Assembly: GCA_963828255.1 (NCBI GenBank) | Contig: CAWHDZ010000021.1 | Location: forward strand, 118,100-182,099 | Source of the DNA: an uncultured delta proteobacterium | GTDB taxonomy: Bacteria; Myxococcota; Myxococcia; Myxococcales; Anaeromyxobacteraceae | Direction: 5' to 3' | DNA length: 64,000 nucleotides | In this document: positions 20,890-31,212 of the stretch, in pieces | Numbering within the stretch: the stretch's first letter is position 1 | Layout of the letters: each line of letters begins with the position of its first letter | The notes under the pieces: generated by a model | Told to the model about the DNA's origin: nothing | The model's database searches: none | The model's input: only the letters and a program-made list of their open reading frames with translations | Position numbers and translations under genes: made by a program

Positions 20890-22010
20890 AGGTCGTCCGG
20901 CTCCTCGGCCTCCTGGTCTTCCTGGCCGTGGCCGCCGGAGGCGCCTTCGTCTGGACCACCTGGCGGGAACTGCGCGCCTTCCGCGACACCCCCTTCGGGA
21001 GCGGCTCCGAGAAGATCGTCGAGATCGACCCGGGCACCAGCGCCCACGGCGTCATCCGGCGGCTGGCCGAGTCCGGCGTCCTCTCCGACGAGGAGACCGC
21101 CTGGCGCTACATGCGGATGTGGAAGCGGGACAAGCGGATGCTCAAGGCCGGCGAGTACGCCTTCAGCGGCCCGCTCCTCCCCGACGACGTGCTCGAGCGC
21201 ATCTACAAGGGCGAGGTGAAGAGCTGGAAGTTCACCGTTCCGGAGGGGCTGCGCGCCGACGAGATCGCGCCGATCATCGAGAGGGCGTCGCTGGGGCGAT
21301 CGGCGGAACTGCTCGCCCTCATGCGCGACCCCGACGTCGCTCGGGATCTCGAGCTGCCCTTCCCCTCGATGGAGGGCTTCCTCTTTCCCGACACCTACGC
21401 CTTTCCACGGAGCGTGAAGCCCGGGGACCTGCTCGCGGCCATGGTCGCCCGCTACCGCGAGGCCTGGAAGCGGGCCGATGCGCGGCGCCGCCCGGGCGTG
21501 ACCCTCGACGAGGGGCAGGCGGTGATCCTGGCCTCCATCATCGAGAAGGAGACCGGGAGGGGCGACGAGCGGCAGCGGATCTCCTGCGTCTTCCACAACC
21601 GGCTGGCCAGGGGGATGAAGCTCCAGACCGACCCCACCGTCATGTACGCCACCATGCTGCGCAAGGGCGGGCGCTGGTCGAACAACATCACCCGGAAGGA
21701 CCTCGCTACCCCGCACCCCTACAACACCTACGCCGTGGCCGGCCTGCCCCCGGGCCCCATCGCCAACCCGGGCGAGGCGGCGCTGGTCGCGGCCGTCTCC
21801 CCGTCCGACTGCAAGGACCTCTACTTCGTGTCGCGGAACGACGGCAGCCACGTCTTCTGCCCGGATCTCCGCTGCCACCAGGCCGCCGTGCGGGAGTGGC
21901 AGGTCGAGTTCTTCCGCGCCCGGAAGGCCGCGCGGGAGAGCGCGAAGGCCCCCGTGGAAACCCCCGCCCCCGCGGAGGCAACGGTCCCGGAGTCGCCGCC
22001 CCGCGGCTGA
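20886..22010 (+). CDS. mltG: Endolytic transglycosylase MltG (YceG family)
   Basis: Motifs LKAGEY, TVPEG, EGFLFPDTY, LASIIEKET, LQTDPTV.Y, PYNTY...GLPPGPIANPG. Confidence 0.95.
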   Translation: MKVVRLLGLLVFLAVAAGGAFVWTTWRELRAFRDTPFGSGSEKIVEIDPGTSAHGVIRRLAESGVLSDEETAWRYMRMWKRDKRMLKAGEYAFSGPLLPDDVLERIYKGEVKSWKFTVPEGLRADEIAPIIERASLGRSAELLALMRDPDVARDLELPFPSMEGFLFPDTYAFPRSVKPGDLLAAMVARYREAWKRADARRRPGVTLDEGQAVILASIIEKETGRGDERQRISCVFHNRLARGMKLQTDPTVMYATMLRKGGRWSNNITRKDLATPHPYNTYAVAGLPPGPIANPGEAALVAAVSPSDCKDLYFVSRNDGSHVFCPDLRCHQAAVREWQVEFFRARKAARESAKAPVETPAPAEATVPESPPRG

Positions 22011-22016
22011 CCGCGT

Positions 22017-22886
22017 TCAGCAGACCGGGACGTCCGGCACCCGGGCGTCCACCCATGCCTTCACCGCCGTCGCACCCAGGATGAGTGCTCCCCCGCCGAG
22101 CGCCAGCGCGGACGGTTGCTCGCCGTGGGCGATCCAGGCCCAGACCGGGTTCAAGGCCGGCTCCACGAGCAGGAGGAGCGCCGCGTCGAGCGCGGGGAGC
22201 TTTCCCACCCCCGCGGTGAGGAAGACGTAGGCGAGCGCCACCTGGAACACACCCAGGTAGGCGAGCGCCGCCCAGTCGGCCGCCGGGATGAGGGCGGGCG
22301 ATCTCAGGAAGGGGAGGCAGAGGACCGCGGCGAAGACGTTGCCCATCACCGCCGCGGCCATGGGGGAGGTCCCGGCGTGGCTGGCCATCCAGCGCAGCCC
22401 CATGATGGCGAAGGCCCAGGTGACCCCGGAGAGGAGTGCGAGCACGTTGCCGAGGAACGGGTCGGGCGAGGTGCGCCCCGCCGTCCCGGTCCCGATGAAG
22501 ACGAGGAGGAGGCCCACCGCCACCGGGACCATGATCCAGAGGTCGCTGCGGCTGGCTCGCTCCCGGAGCAGCCATGGGCCGGCCAGGAGCACGTAGAGCG
22601 GCGCGGTGGACTGCAGGAAGATGCTCGCGGCCGACGTCGTCAGCTTGTTGGCGGTGACGAAGAGGACGAGCGAGCCGGCGAAGGCCAGCCCCACGGCCGC
22701 CCCGCGCCAGGTGTAGCCCCGCCGCGCCGCGGGGATGAGGAGGACGAGCGCCAGCGCCGCGATGGCCGAGCGCACGCCCCCCACCTCGATCCCCGACAGC
22801 GTGGTCGCCTTGATGGCCGCGCCCCCGGTGGAGAAGAGCAGCGCGGCGACGACGATCTGCAGGCGGGCGCGGCGGAGGGGAAGCAC
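22017..22886 (-). CDS. DMT/EamA family transporter
   Basis: About ten hydrophobic segments in two repeats; LQSTAPLYV and LLVEPALNP. Confidence 0.88.
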   Translation of the reverse strand: MLPLRRARLQIVVAALLFSTGGAAIKATTLSGIEVGGVRSAIAALALVLLIPAARRGYTWRGAAVGLAFAGSLVLFVTANKLTTSAASIFLQSTAPLYVLLAGPWLLRERASRSDLWIMVPVAVGLLLVFIGTGTAGRTSPDPFLGNVLALLSGVTWAFAIMGLRWMASHAGTSPMAAAVMGNVFAAVLCLPFLRSPALIPAADWAALAYLGVFQVALAYVFLTAGVGKLPALDAALLLLVEPALNPVWAWIAHGEQPSALALGGGALILGATAVKAWVDARVPDVPVC

Positions 22887-23007
22887 GCGCGGAGAATCTC
22901 CCGGGAGCGCTCCGGCGGCAACCCGCTCGCCCCCGGTTCGCGCACCTTTCCCCAGAGACCCACCCTTCCATCCTCCCCTCGGCCGCTGCTATGTTGCGGC
23001 CGACCCG

Positions 23008-24282
23008 ATGATGCCTCCGTCCCGACATCGCCTTCCCGGCGCCGCCGTCCTGGCCGTGGCCGGAACCGCAATGGGCGCCCTCGCCGTCGGGGCGGTGGTG
23101 CTCCTGGGATCCGCAGCGGTCGCCGGCCCGGTCCTCCCGGCTCCACCCGTCGCTGCGGTGGTCGCCCCGGCACCCGCGCCTCCCCCGGACGTCACCCGGG
23201 CGACCTTGCGCCTGGTGGGGCGGAACCAGCTCCCCAGCCAGGTCCTCGCCTCGCTCGGACTCGAGGGCGCCGAGGCCCAGGCGGTGATGGGGGCCCTCGG
23301 CAGCGTGCTCTCCCCCAGGCGCACCCGCCCGGGCGACCAGGTCCGGCTCGAGCGCGCGGTGACGGACGGCTCCTTCCGGTCCCTCTCCTGGCGCCAGGGT
23401 CCGGCCGACGAGTACCTGGTCCGGCCCTGCCCCACGGGGCTCTGCGGCGGGAAGCGCGAGGTCGCCATCACCCGCCAGGCGGTCCTGGTCTCGGTCAGCC
23501 TCCGGTCGACCGTCTCCGAGGCGCTCCACGCCGCGGGGCACGACACCGCGCTGGTGGCCGCCGCCGCCGACGTCCTCGCCTGGGACGTGGACTTCTACCA
23601 GGACGTCCGCGGAGGCGACTCGCTCAAGCTGGTGGTCGAGCGGGTCGAGGCCGATGGCCGGTTCGTCGGCCACGGCGAGGTGCTCGCCGCCGAGTACGAG
23701 GGCAAGGTCGCCGGGCGCAAGCGGCTCTTCCGGTACACCGACCCGGACGGCGACACCGGCTACTTCGACGACGCCGGCACCAGCGCCCGCCGCGGGTTTC
23801 TCCGGGCGCCCTTGCCCTTCGTGAACCTGACCTCCCGCTTCGGCAACCGGCGCCACCCGCTGCTCGGCTACGTGCGCGCCCACCAGGGCGTGGACTACGG
23901 CGCGCCCGAGGGGACGCCGGTCTGGGCCGTGGGCGACGGCGTGGTCTCCCTGGCGGGGTGGAACGGCGGCTGCGGACTCACCGTGCAGGTCCGCCACCGC
24001 AACGGGTTCGAGTCGGTCTACTGCCACCTGTCCCGCGTGAACGTGGCGGCGGGCGCCCGCGTCGGTCAGAAGCAGGTGGTGGGGCGCGTCGGCACCACCG
24101 GGCTCTCCACCGGGCCGCACCTCCACTACGCCATCCGGCAGGGGGGCGCCTACGTCAACCCGCTCCGGCTCCAGGTTCCCCGCGGAGAGCCGGTGAAGGC
24201 GGAGTGGCGCGAGCACTTCCTGGCCCGGATCGACGCCTCGCGGCGGCAGCTCGACAGCGGTCCGGTCGCGCTGCTCGACTGA
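23008..24282 (+). CDS. M23 family peptidoglycan DD-metalloendopeptidase
   Basis: N-terminal TM; HQGVDY (HxxxD), YCHLS, STGPHLHY (HxH). Confidence 0.92.
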   Translation: MMPPSRHRLPGAAVLAVAGTAMGALAVGAVVLLGSAAVAGPVLPAPPVAAVVAPAPAPPPDVTRATLRLVGRNQLPSQVLASLGLEGAEAQAVMGALGSVLSPRRTRPGDQVRLERAVTDGSFRSLSWRQGPADEYLVRPCPTGLCGGKREVAITRQAVLVSVSLRSTVSEALHAAGHDTALVAAAADVLAWDVDFYQDVRGGDSLKLVVERVEADGRFVGHGEVLAAEYEGKVAGRKRLFRYTDPDGDTGYFDDAGTSARRGFLRAPLPFVNLTSRFGNRRHPLLGYVRAHQGVDYGAPEGTPVWAVGDGVVSLAGWNGGCGLTVQVRHRNGFESVYCHLSRVNVAAGARVGQKQVVGRVGTTGLSTGPHLHYAIRQGGAYVNPLRLQVPRGEPVKAEWREHFLARIDASRRQLDSGPVALLD

Positions 24283-24292
24283 AGCTGCACCT

Positions 24293-27277
24293 TCACTGCC
24301 GGGCGAGGGTACGTTCCAGGCGCCGCGCCCTCTCGAGAAGCGGAAGCTCCGGGTCCGCTCCCTTCCAGTCCTCCAGCCAGGCCGTCACCCGTGACCGCGC
24401 CTCCTCATGCCGTCCCAGGCGGACGAGCGACTCGGCGGCGAGAAGGTCCGCCCAGGGCCGGAGGACGTAGACCGGCGCGGGCGCGTAGATGGGGTGGAGG
24501 GATCGCACCAGCTCGAAGGCCTGCAGCGCCTCCGCGTGCCGTTCTTCCCGCGCGAGGGCCAGGCCCAGGAGGAACTGCACGTCCACGGACGGGGAGCGCC
24601 GGGAGAGATCACCGAGGATCTCGATCGCGTCCAGGTGACGCCGGTCCCGGAGCGCACGCACCGCGGCGTACTGCCTCTCGGAGAGGGAACCGGGAGGAAG
24701 GGCCTGCGCGCAGGCGGCCGCGGCCTCGTCCATGCCCACCCAGGCGAGCAGCCAGGCCTTCCGATCGCCGTCGAGGTCGGTCCCGGGTGGCGGGGGCGGA
24801 TGGGTCGCCTCGAGGGAGCGGCGAGCGGCCTGCAGATCGCCCCCGGTGAGGGCCAGGTAGGCGAGCATCGAGGCGTCGAAGGCGCCGTACTGCTCCCCGG
24901 CGTCCTCGCCGGCCACCGCGAGGAAGACCTCGCGCCCTTCCCGGGCCCGCCCCTGCATCGCCAGCAGGGGCGCCAGGACCTCGGCCGCCACCCGTCGCGG
25001 ACCCGGCCGCACGTCCGGCGCGAGCCACTTCCTCAGGCTCCGCTCCCCCTCGGCACGATCACCGGCGCCGACGAGCACCTCCGCCTGGGCGTAGGCGGTC
25101 TCGAAGTGCTCGCCTCCCGCCACGGAGGCGGCGCTCCTGGCTGCCACGAGGGCGTCTGCCCAGCGGTCGGAGGCGCCGAGCGCCCGCGCAACCATCGCCT
25201 GCGCCTCGGCCGAGGGGCGGAACCGTGCGGCCCGCTCCGCCCGCGCCAGCGCCTCCCCCCTGGGACCGAATCGCTCCAGCCACTCGAACAGGTGGATGTA
25301 GGCCACGAGGTAGGCAGGGTCGAGGTCGAGGGCGGCCCGGAAGAGGGCGGCTGCGCGGGCGAAGCCGCCCGGCGTGTCTCCGTGCCAGAAGGCCTCGCCG
25401 GCCACGTAGAGGACCTGCTTGTCGAGCGGGTAGTCGAGCGCGAGCGCGTCCAGGATCCGCGTCGCCTCGGTGTGGCGTTGCTCGACGAAGGCCCTGTACC
25501 CCAGGACGAGGCGCCGCTCCCGGTCCGGCAGGCCTCCGGCGTTCCGCGCGGCCGACTCCATGTGGGAGCGGGCGTTCTCGTCGGGTGCGTCATGCCAGCC
25601 GGCCAGGATCGCCATCTCGAGGTGCGGCATGGCGAAGTCGGGGGCCTCGGCGATGGCCTCCTTGTACTCGGCGATGGCGGCCGAGACGTCGAAGGTCTCG
25701 TTCGCGAACTGCTGCCCGAGCAGGTAGTGGCGGTAGGCCTCGAGGTTCTTCGTCACCACGGTTCCGCCACGCGCCGCATCACCCCCCGGTCCCTCCCGCA
25801 GGCCCTGCCGGATCGACGCCACGAGCCGGTCCACCAGGTCCGGGGTCGAGCCGTTCACCGGTGTGGCGGGTGTGCGCTCCTCGATGTCGAAGAGGGTGGC
25901 CATGCTGGCCGGTTCGAGCCCGTGGACCCGGATCACCAGGTCCTGGCCGGCGCGCCGGACCTCCGGGAGCAGCAGCACCTGGGCCGAGAGCTTCCGCGAC
26001 ACCTCCCTCGCCACCGCCGGCTCGACCTTTCCCGGCGATCCGAGGGAGTCCTGCGCGGCGAGGTCGAGAAGTCGCAGCCTCCCCGGGACGTCGAGGGCGC
26101 GAGACTGCTCGAGCGCGGTCGCGAGCATGGGCGAGATGGCGTCGAACGCCGGATCGCCGGTGCGGTTCACCGGATCCGCCACCACCACGATCGTCCGGCC
26201 CGCACGGACGACGCCGGCCGCCCCGGCCGCCCGCTCGTGGAGGAAGGCGCCCAGGATCGAACCCGCGATGGCGGCGAGGAGCAGCGGTACGAGTCGCCTC
26301 AGGAGGGGACGACGGTGGGCCCGGGGGCGCTCGCCGGGTGAGGCGACGGGGCTCTCCGGGGGGTGCCCGTTCATCTCGTCGAGTTCCCGCGCGACGGCCG
26401 CGGCGTCGCGGGGGCGAGCCACCGGATCGCGCGCGAGCATCCGCTGCACCAGGGGGCCGAGTTGCTGGGGTTCGGGGACCTCCAGGACGGGCGGGCCGCG
26501 GGCATCCCGGGCGCCGGTCTCTCCGGGGAAGGGCAGCTCCCCGGTGAGCATCTCGAAGATGAGCACCCCCAGCGCGAAGACGTCGGTCCGCTCGTCCTCC
26601 GGAGCCCCGCGCCACTGCTCCGGCGCCATGTACGCTGGCGTTCCGCCCTCCACCCCCCGCTGCCCGAAGGCGCAAGCCAGGCCGAAGTCGAGGACCTTGG
26701 AGTGCCCGTCCTCGTCCAGGAAGACGTTCCTGGGGTTCAGGTCACGGTGGAAGACCCCGGCGGAGTGGGCGTGGGCCAGCGCCGCCGCCACGTCCCTGGC
26801 GACGTGGAGCGCGTCCCTGGCCGGCAGCGGACCGTTCTCCAGGATCTCCGCCAGCGTCCGGCCGCGCAGCAGTTCCAGGACCAGGTACGGGCCGTAGTCC
26901 GAGTGACCCAGGTCGTGGAGCTGGACGATGTTGGGGTGCGACAGGCGGGCCGCCGCGGCGGCCTCCCGCACCAGCCGATCCTCCCGCACCGCCCCCTTGC
27001 CGCCACCCACGACCTTGAAGGCCACCACGCGGCCGAGCGAGAGGTCGCGCGCCTCGTACACGACCCCGAACCCTCCCCGGCCGACCTCGCGGACGATCTC
27101 GAACCGTCCCTCGACGATCACGCCGGGACGGAGCCGCGCCGCGGCCTTCCCGATGTCCACCTCGGGAGCCTGGGCAATCTCTGCGAGAAGCGCGGAGATG
27201 GAACGCCCACCGAACGGGCGGCGGCCCGGCTCCACGCTCCCTCCGTTGCGGCCGTTGCGGCCGTTGGCCACGGCCAT
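24293..27277 (-). CDS. Hanks-type Ser/Thr protein kinase with a TM helix and C-terminal TPR region
   Basis: Motifs GRGGFGVVY, VAFK, HRDLNPRN, DFG, GTPAYMAPE, DVFALG; TM segment after the kinase; TPR-like repeats after it. Confidence 0.92.
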   Translation of the reverse strand: MAVANGRNGRNGGSVEPGRRPFGGRSISALLAEIAQAPEVDIGKAAARLRPGVIVEGRFEIVREVGRGGFGVVYEARDLSLGRVVAFKVVGGGKGAVREDRLVREAAAAARLSHPNIVQLHDLGHSDYGPYLVLELLRGRTLAEILENGPLPARDALHVARDVAAALAHAHSAGVFHRDLNPRNVFLDEDGHSKVLDFGLACAFGQRGVEGGTPAYMAPEQWRGAPEDERTDVFALGVLIFEMLTGELPFPGETGARDARGPPVLEVPEPQQLGPLVQRMLARDPVARPRDAAAVARELDEMNGHPPESPVASPGERPRAHRRPLLRRLVPLLLAAIAGSILGAFLHERAAGAAGVVRAGRTIVVVADPVNRTGDPAFDAISPMLATALEQSRALDVPGRLRLLDLAAQDSLGSPGKVEPAVAREVSRKLSAQVLLLPEVRRAGQDLVIRVHGLEPASMATLFDIEERTPATPVNGSTPDLVDRLVASIRQGLREGPGGDAARGGTVVTKNLEAYRHYLLGQQFANETFDVSAAIAEYKEAIAEAPDFAMPHLEMAILAGWHDAPDENARSHMESAARNAGGLPDRERRLVLGYRAFVEQRHTEATRILDALALDYPLDKQVLYVAGEAFWHGDTPGGFARAAALFRAALDLDPAYLVAYIHLFEWLERFGPRGEALARAERAARFRPSAEAQAMVARALGASDRWADALVAARSAASVAGGEHFETAYAQAEVLVGAGDRAEGERSLRKWLAPDVRPGPRRVAAEVLAPLLAMQGRAREGREVFLAVAGEDAGEQYGAFDASMLAYLALTGGDLQAARRSLEATHPPPPPGTDLDGDRKAWLLAWVGMDEAAAACAQALPPGSLSERQYAAVRALRDRRHLDAIEILGDLSRRSPSVDVQFLLGLALAREERHAEALQAFELVRSLHPIYAPAPVYVLRPWADLLAAESLVRLGRHEEARSRVTAWLEDWKGADPELPLLERARRLERTLARQ

Positions 27278-27376
27278 GCGTCTCCCCCCGTCGTCTGGCC
27301 CCCTACCCTGGACAGACGCTAGATCGACGCGGATGTGACAACGGGGCCCTCACCCCGAAAGGGCCTGATTCTCGGG

Positions 27377-29353
27377 TCAGCGGCGGCGACGGCGCGCCTT
27401 CTCCGCTGCCAGCGCCTTTCCGAACGCCTCCTTGCCGTGGAGGGCGGAGACCAGCCCGTCCAGGTCCTCGGGCTTCACCTCGAGGAAGGTGTGGGTGCGG
27501 CGCAGCTCGACCTTGAGCAGCTCGACCCCCGGGGCAAGGGAGGCGATGGTCTCGCGGACGCGGGCCTCGTCGGCTCCGTCCACCTCGCCGGCGCTCAGGA
27601 AGACGCGCGACGCGGACGGACGGCCGCGGTCGGCCCCCCCCTCGGACGGCTCTGGCTCGCGGGTGGCGGGGATCTCGACCGGCGCCCTCGGTTCCCTGGT
27701 CGCGGGGATCTCGACCGGCGCGGCACGCGGAGGAGCGGCCACGGCCACCTCCCGCCCCTCGAAGATCTCGCGGTCGCTCCGCGGGCGGGGCGCGCGCTCG
27801 ACCCTCTCGACCCGCTCGCCGGGTCCGCTGCGTCCGCCCCGATCGCCGCGATCGCTCCGGCCCGTGCGCTCACGGCCCTCGCGCCCTCCCCTGTCGCGGG
27901 ACTCCCCGCGCGCCTCGGGGCGGGGCTCGCGCTTCGGGGCGGCCTTCAGCTCCTTGCGCTCGTGCTCCTCCTTCTTGTGCACGGCCTTGTTCAGGTCCTG
28001 GACCTTCTCGATGCGGTGGTGCGTGAAGAAGTACTTGAGCGCGAAGGCCAGCAGGTGGTCGGCTTCCGGGCGGTTCTTGATCTCCTGCGCCAGCGGGATG
28101 TAGCCCTCGAAGATCGAGGCGCTCATCCCGTCCCGGAGCTCGTGCACGTGCCGGTCGGTCCAGATGCGGCGCGCCTCCTCCTGCGTCGGCATCTGCTTCT
28201 CCTCGAAGACCACACCGAACTTCTTCTGCAGGACGCCGAGCGTGATCCCCTCGGCGCCGGTGACCAGCGACAGCGCCGTGCCCTTCTTGCCGATGCGGCC
28301 GGTGCGGCCGGCGCGGTGCAGGTAGACGGCCGGGTCCTCGGGCAGCGAGTAGTTCACGATGTGCGAGAGGTCCGAGATGTCGATGCCGCGGGCGGCGATG
28401 TCCGTCGCCACCATGAAGCGCACCTCGCCGCGCTTCACCTTGGCCATGACCCGCTCCCGCTCCTTCTGGGGCAGCTCGCCGTTCAGGAGCTCGGCCTCGT
28501 ACCCGTTGCGGTTCAGGACGGCGGTGATGAGCGAGGTGTCACTGCGGGTGTTGCAGAAGACGATGGCCGAATCCGGCTCCTCGATCTCCACCATGTAGAG
28601 GAGGTTGCGCGGCTTCGGGTAGGCCTCGTTGGTGTGGTAGAGGACGTTGCGGATGTTGTCGACGCGGTACTCGTCGCCGGAGAGGAGGATGGTCTCCGGG
28701 TCGGTGAGGTACTCCTTGATGATCTGCTCGATGTCGGCCGGGACGGTGGCCGAGAAGAGCAGCTGCTGGCAGTCGTCGGGGAGGTGGCCGAGGATCCGCG
28801 TCACCTCCTCGAAAAACCCCATGTTGAGCATCTCGTCGGCCTCGTCGAGGCAGCTCACCATGCAGCCGGAGAGGTCGAGGGTGTGCCGGCGGATGTGGTC
28901 ATAGATCCGGCCCGGGGTGCCCACCACGATCTCCGCTCCGGCGTGCAGCCCGTCGAGCTGGTCGCCCATCGACGCACCGCCGTAGATGGTGACGACACGG
29001 ATCCCCTTGGGCTTCCCGAGGGCCTGCAGCTCCTCGGCGACCTGGATGGCCAGCTCGCGGGTGGGCGCCATGACGAGCGCCGACGGGCGGCCGCGGCCGG
29101 CCGGGATGCGCTCGATGATGGGGATGCCGAAGGCGGCGGTCTTGCCGGTCCCGGTCTTCGAGCGGACGATGACGTCCTTGCCGGCCAGGATGGGTCGTAC
29201 CGTCGCCGACTGGACCGGCGTGGGGCGCTCGTAGCCCCGCTCGGCGATGGCGCGGCGGACGGGCTCGGAGAGCCCCATCTCGTCGAAGGTTGCGTCTGAA
29301 AAGTAATCCGATCGGACCTCGGACGGTCCTCCGGAAGGAGCCGTGTCGCTCAA
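27377..29353 (-). CDS. DEAD-box RNA helicase (CsdA/DeaD-like) with a DbpA-like C-terminal RNA-binding domain; start uncertain
   Basis: Q motif (F..MGL...GYERPTPVQ), TGTGKT, PTRELA, DEAD, SAT, ARGID, HRAGRTGR. Confidence 0.93.
   Translation of the reverse strand: MSDTAPSGGPSEVRSDYFSDATFDEMGLSEPVRRAIAERGYERPTPVQSATVRPILAGKDVIVRSKTGTGKTAAFGIPIIERIPAGRGRPSALVMAPTRELAIQVAEELQALGKPKGIRVVTIYGGASMGDQLDGLHAGAEIVVGTPGRIYDHIRRHTLDLSGCMVSCLDEADEMLNMGFFEEVTRILGHLPDDCQQLLFSATVPADIEQIIKEYLTDPETILLSGDEYRVDNIRNVLYHTNEAYPKPRNLLYMVEIEEPDSAIVFCNTRSDTSLITAVLNRNGYEAELLNGELPQKERERVMAKVKRGEVRFMVATDIAARGIDISDLSHIVNYSLPEDPAVYLHRAGRTGRIGKKGTALSLVTGAEGITLGVLQKKFGVVFEEKQMPTQEEARRIWTDRHVHELRDGMSASIFEGYIPLAQEIKNRPEADHLLAFALKYFFTHHRIEKVQDLNKAVHKKEEHERKELKAAPKREPRPEARGESRDRGGREGRERTGRSDRGDRGGRSGPGERVERVERAPRPRSDREIFEGREVAVAAPPRAAPVEIPATREPRAPVEIPATREPEPSEGGADRGRPSASRVFLSAGEVDGADEARVRETIASLAPGVELLKVELRRTHTFLEVKPEDLDGLVSALHGKEAFGKALAAEKARRRRR
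27655..27722. repeat. Imperfect 39-nt-period tandem duplication inside the helicase linker (APVEIPATREP twice)
   Basis: gcggggatctcgaccggcgc occurs twice, 39 nt apart; the peptide APVEIPATREP is duplicated. Confidence 0.75.
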
Positions 29354-29540
29354 GTGCTGCCCTTTCTGTGAAGGGCGCATGGCGGCTCGCCAGACTGCGT
29401 GGGCCCCGCTCCTCGAGCGGGGGCCGCGCCTTCGCGCGAACCGGCCATGCGCCGGACGTGCCTTGCGTGCAAGGCGGACTTCTCATATCACAACCCCGGG
29501 GGCGATCGGAAATTCCCCAGTCTTTCCCCCACGGAGACCC

Positions 29541-30548
29541 GTGCCGACCGACAGGAAAGCCACCCCACAGGAGCCCGAGGTCGTCGAGGCGGAGATCGTC
29601 GAGGACGACGACCTCGACGCTGCCCCGGAGGTGGCCGCGGTCGAGGTGACGCCGGAGCCCTCCGGCACCAGCCTGGCCCGCTCCGACCCGCTCCGGGCCT
29701 ACATGGCCGAGGTCTCCCGCCATCCGCTCCTCACCCGGGAGGAGGAGCTGGAGCTCGCCACCCTCTACGCGCGGACCGGGGACCGCGCGGCCGCCTGGCG
29801 GCTCGTCACCTCCAACCTGCGACTGGTCGTGAAGATCGCCCGCGAGTACCACCGCGGGGTCTTCCAGCTCCTCGACCTCATCCAGGAGGGCAACGTCGGG
29901 CTCATGCAGGCGGTGCGGAAGTTCGACCCGCTGAAGGGCGTGAAGCTCTCCACCTACGCCGCCTGGTGGATCCGCGCGTACATCATCCGCTTCATCATGG
30001 ACAACTGGCGCCAGGTGAAGCTCGGGACCACCCAGGCGCAGCGCAGGCTCTTCTTCAACCTGGGCAAGGAGCGGGAGCGGCTGCTGGCGCGGGGAATCGA
30101 GCCCACGCCGCGGCTGCTGGCCCGCAACCTCCGGGTGGACGAGGAGGACGTGAACGAGATGGCGGCCCGCATGTCCGGGGACGACCTCTCGCTCGACCAG
30201 CCCATCCGCGGCGAGGACGGCGAGTCGTCGGTCTCCCGGATGGACCGGCTGGAAGACCGGGGCGCCACCCCCGCCGACGAGACCGTCGCCGCCGAGCAGA
30301 TGCGCAAGCTCTTCCGGGAGAAGCTCGACGCCTTCGGGCTCACCCTCACCGACGAGCGGGAGAAGGCCATCTTCGCCGAACGCCTCCTGCCACGCGACGG
30401 GGCCGACCCGGTCACCCTCTCCGATCTGGGCGCGCGCTTCGGCCTCACCCGCGAGCGGGCCCGGCAGATCGAGGCCAAGCTCACCTCGCGCCTGCGCGAC
30501 TTCGTGAAGGCCGAGATCCCCGACTTCGACCTGCTGGGACCGGACTAG
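29541..30548 (+). CDS. RNA polymerase sigma factor, RpoH (sigma32)-like group
   Basis: NLRLVVKIA, DLIQEGNVGLM.AV.KFDP, STYAAWWIRA, RpoH-box-like TTQAQRRLFFNL, region 4 LTRERARQIE. Confidence 0.9.
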   Translation: MPTDRKATPQEPEVVEAEIVEDDDLDAAPEVAAVEVTPEPSGTSLARSDPLRAYMAEVSRHPLLTREEELELATLYARTGDRAAAWRLVTSNLRLVVKIAREYHRGVFQLLDLIQEGNVGLMQAVRKFDPLKGVKLSTYAAWWIRAYIIRFIMDNWRQVKLGTTQAQRRLFFNLGKERERLLARGIEPTPRLLARNLRVDEEDVNEMAARMSGDDLSLDQPIRGEDGESSVSRMDRLEDRGATPADETVAAEQMRKLFREKLDAFGLTLTDEREKAIFAERLLPRDGADPVTLSDLGARFGLTRERARQIEAKLTSRLRDFVKAEIPDFDLLGPD

Positions 30549-30552
30549 CGAG

Positions 30553-31212
30553 GTGGGAAGGGCGCTCTGGCTCGTCACCGGTGGGGCCGTGGCGCTCGCC
30601 GCCGCCCCGTTCCTGTCACCTCTCCTGGCCGGGGAGGCCCCGGCTCACCTGCCCGGACCGTCCTTCACCGACGACTTCGAGCGCCGCGAGGTCGGGCCCG
30701 ACTGGTGGTCCACCGGCGGGCCCTGGATGGTCCGCCGGGGAGAGCTCTGGGGGGCCGGGACCCGCAACAACCCGCTCTGGCTCGCGATGCCCCTGCCCCG
30801 CGACGTCGCGGTGTCGTTCACGGCCCGGAGCGAGACGGCCACCGGCACGCGCCCGGGGGACGTCAAGCTCGAGATCTTCGGCGACGGGCGCAGGGCCGGG
30901 TCGGGGTACGTGCTCATCCTGGGCGGCTGGGGGAACGCTATCTCGGTCATCGCGCGCCGCGACGAGCACGGTGCCGACCGGGTGGAGCGGTCGGACCGGC
31001 GGGTCGAGCCCGGCCGGACCTACCGGATGCGGGTCGAGCGGCGCGGCCAGGTGCTTCGCTGGATCGTGGACGGCGAGGAGTTCCTGGTGCTCGACGACCC
31101 GGCGCCCCTCTCCGGCCCGGGACACGACCGGTTCGGCTTCTCCTCCTGGGACGCCGACCTCTTCTTCGACGACCTGCGGGTCGAACCCCTTCACGCGGAG
31201 CGAATCCCATGA
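30553..31212 (+). CDS. Secreted hypothetical protein, probably concanavalin A-like beta-sandwich
   Basis: Signal-like N-terminus; FTDDFER...W and C-terminal FDDLRV typical of this fold. Confidence 0.55.
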   Translation: MGRALWLVTGGAVALAAAPFLSPLLAGEAPAHLPGPSFTDDFERREVGPDWWSTGGPWMVRRGELWGAGTRNNPLWLAMPLPRDVAVSFTARSETATGTRPGDVKLEIFGDGRRAGSGYVLILGGWGNAISVIARRDEHGADRVERSDRRVEPGRTYRMRVERRGQVLRWIVDGEEFLVLDDPAPLSGPGHDRFGFSSWDADLFFDDLRVEPLHAERIP

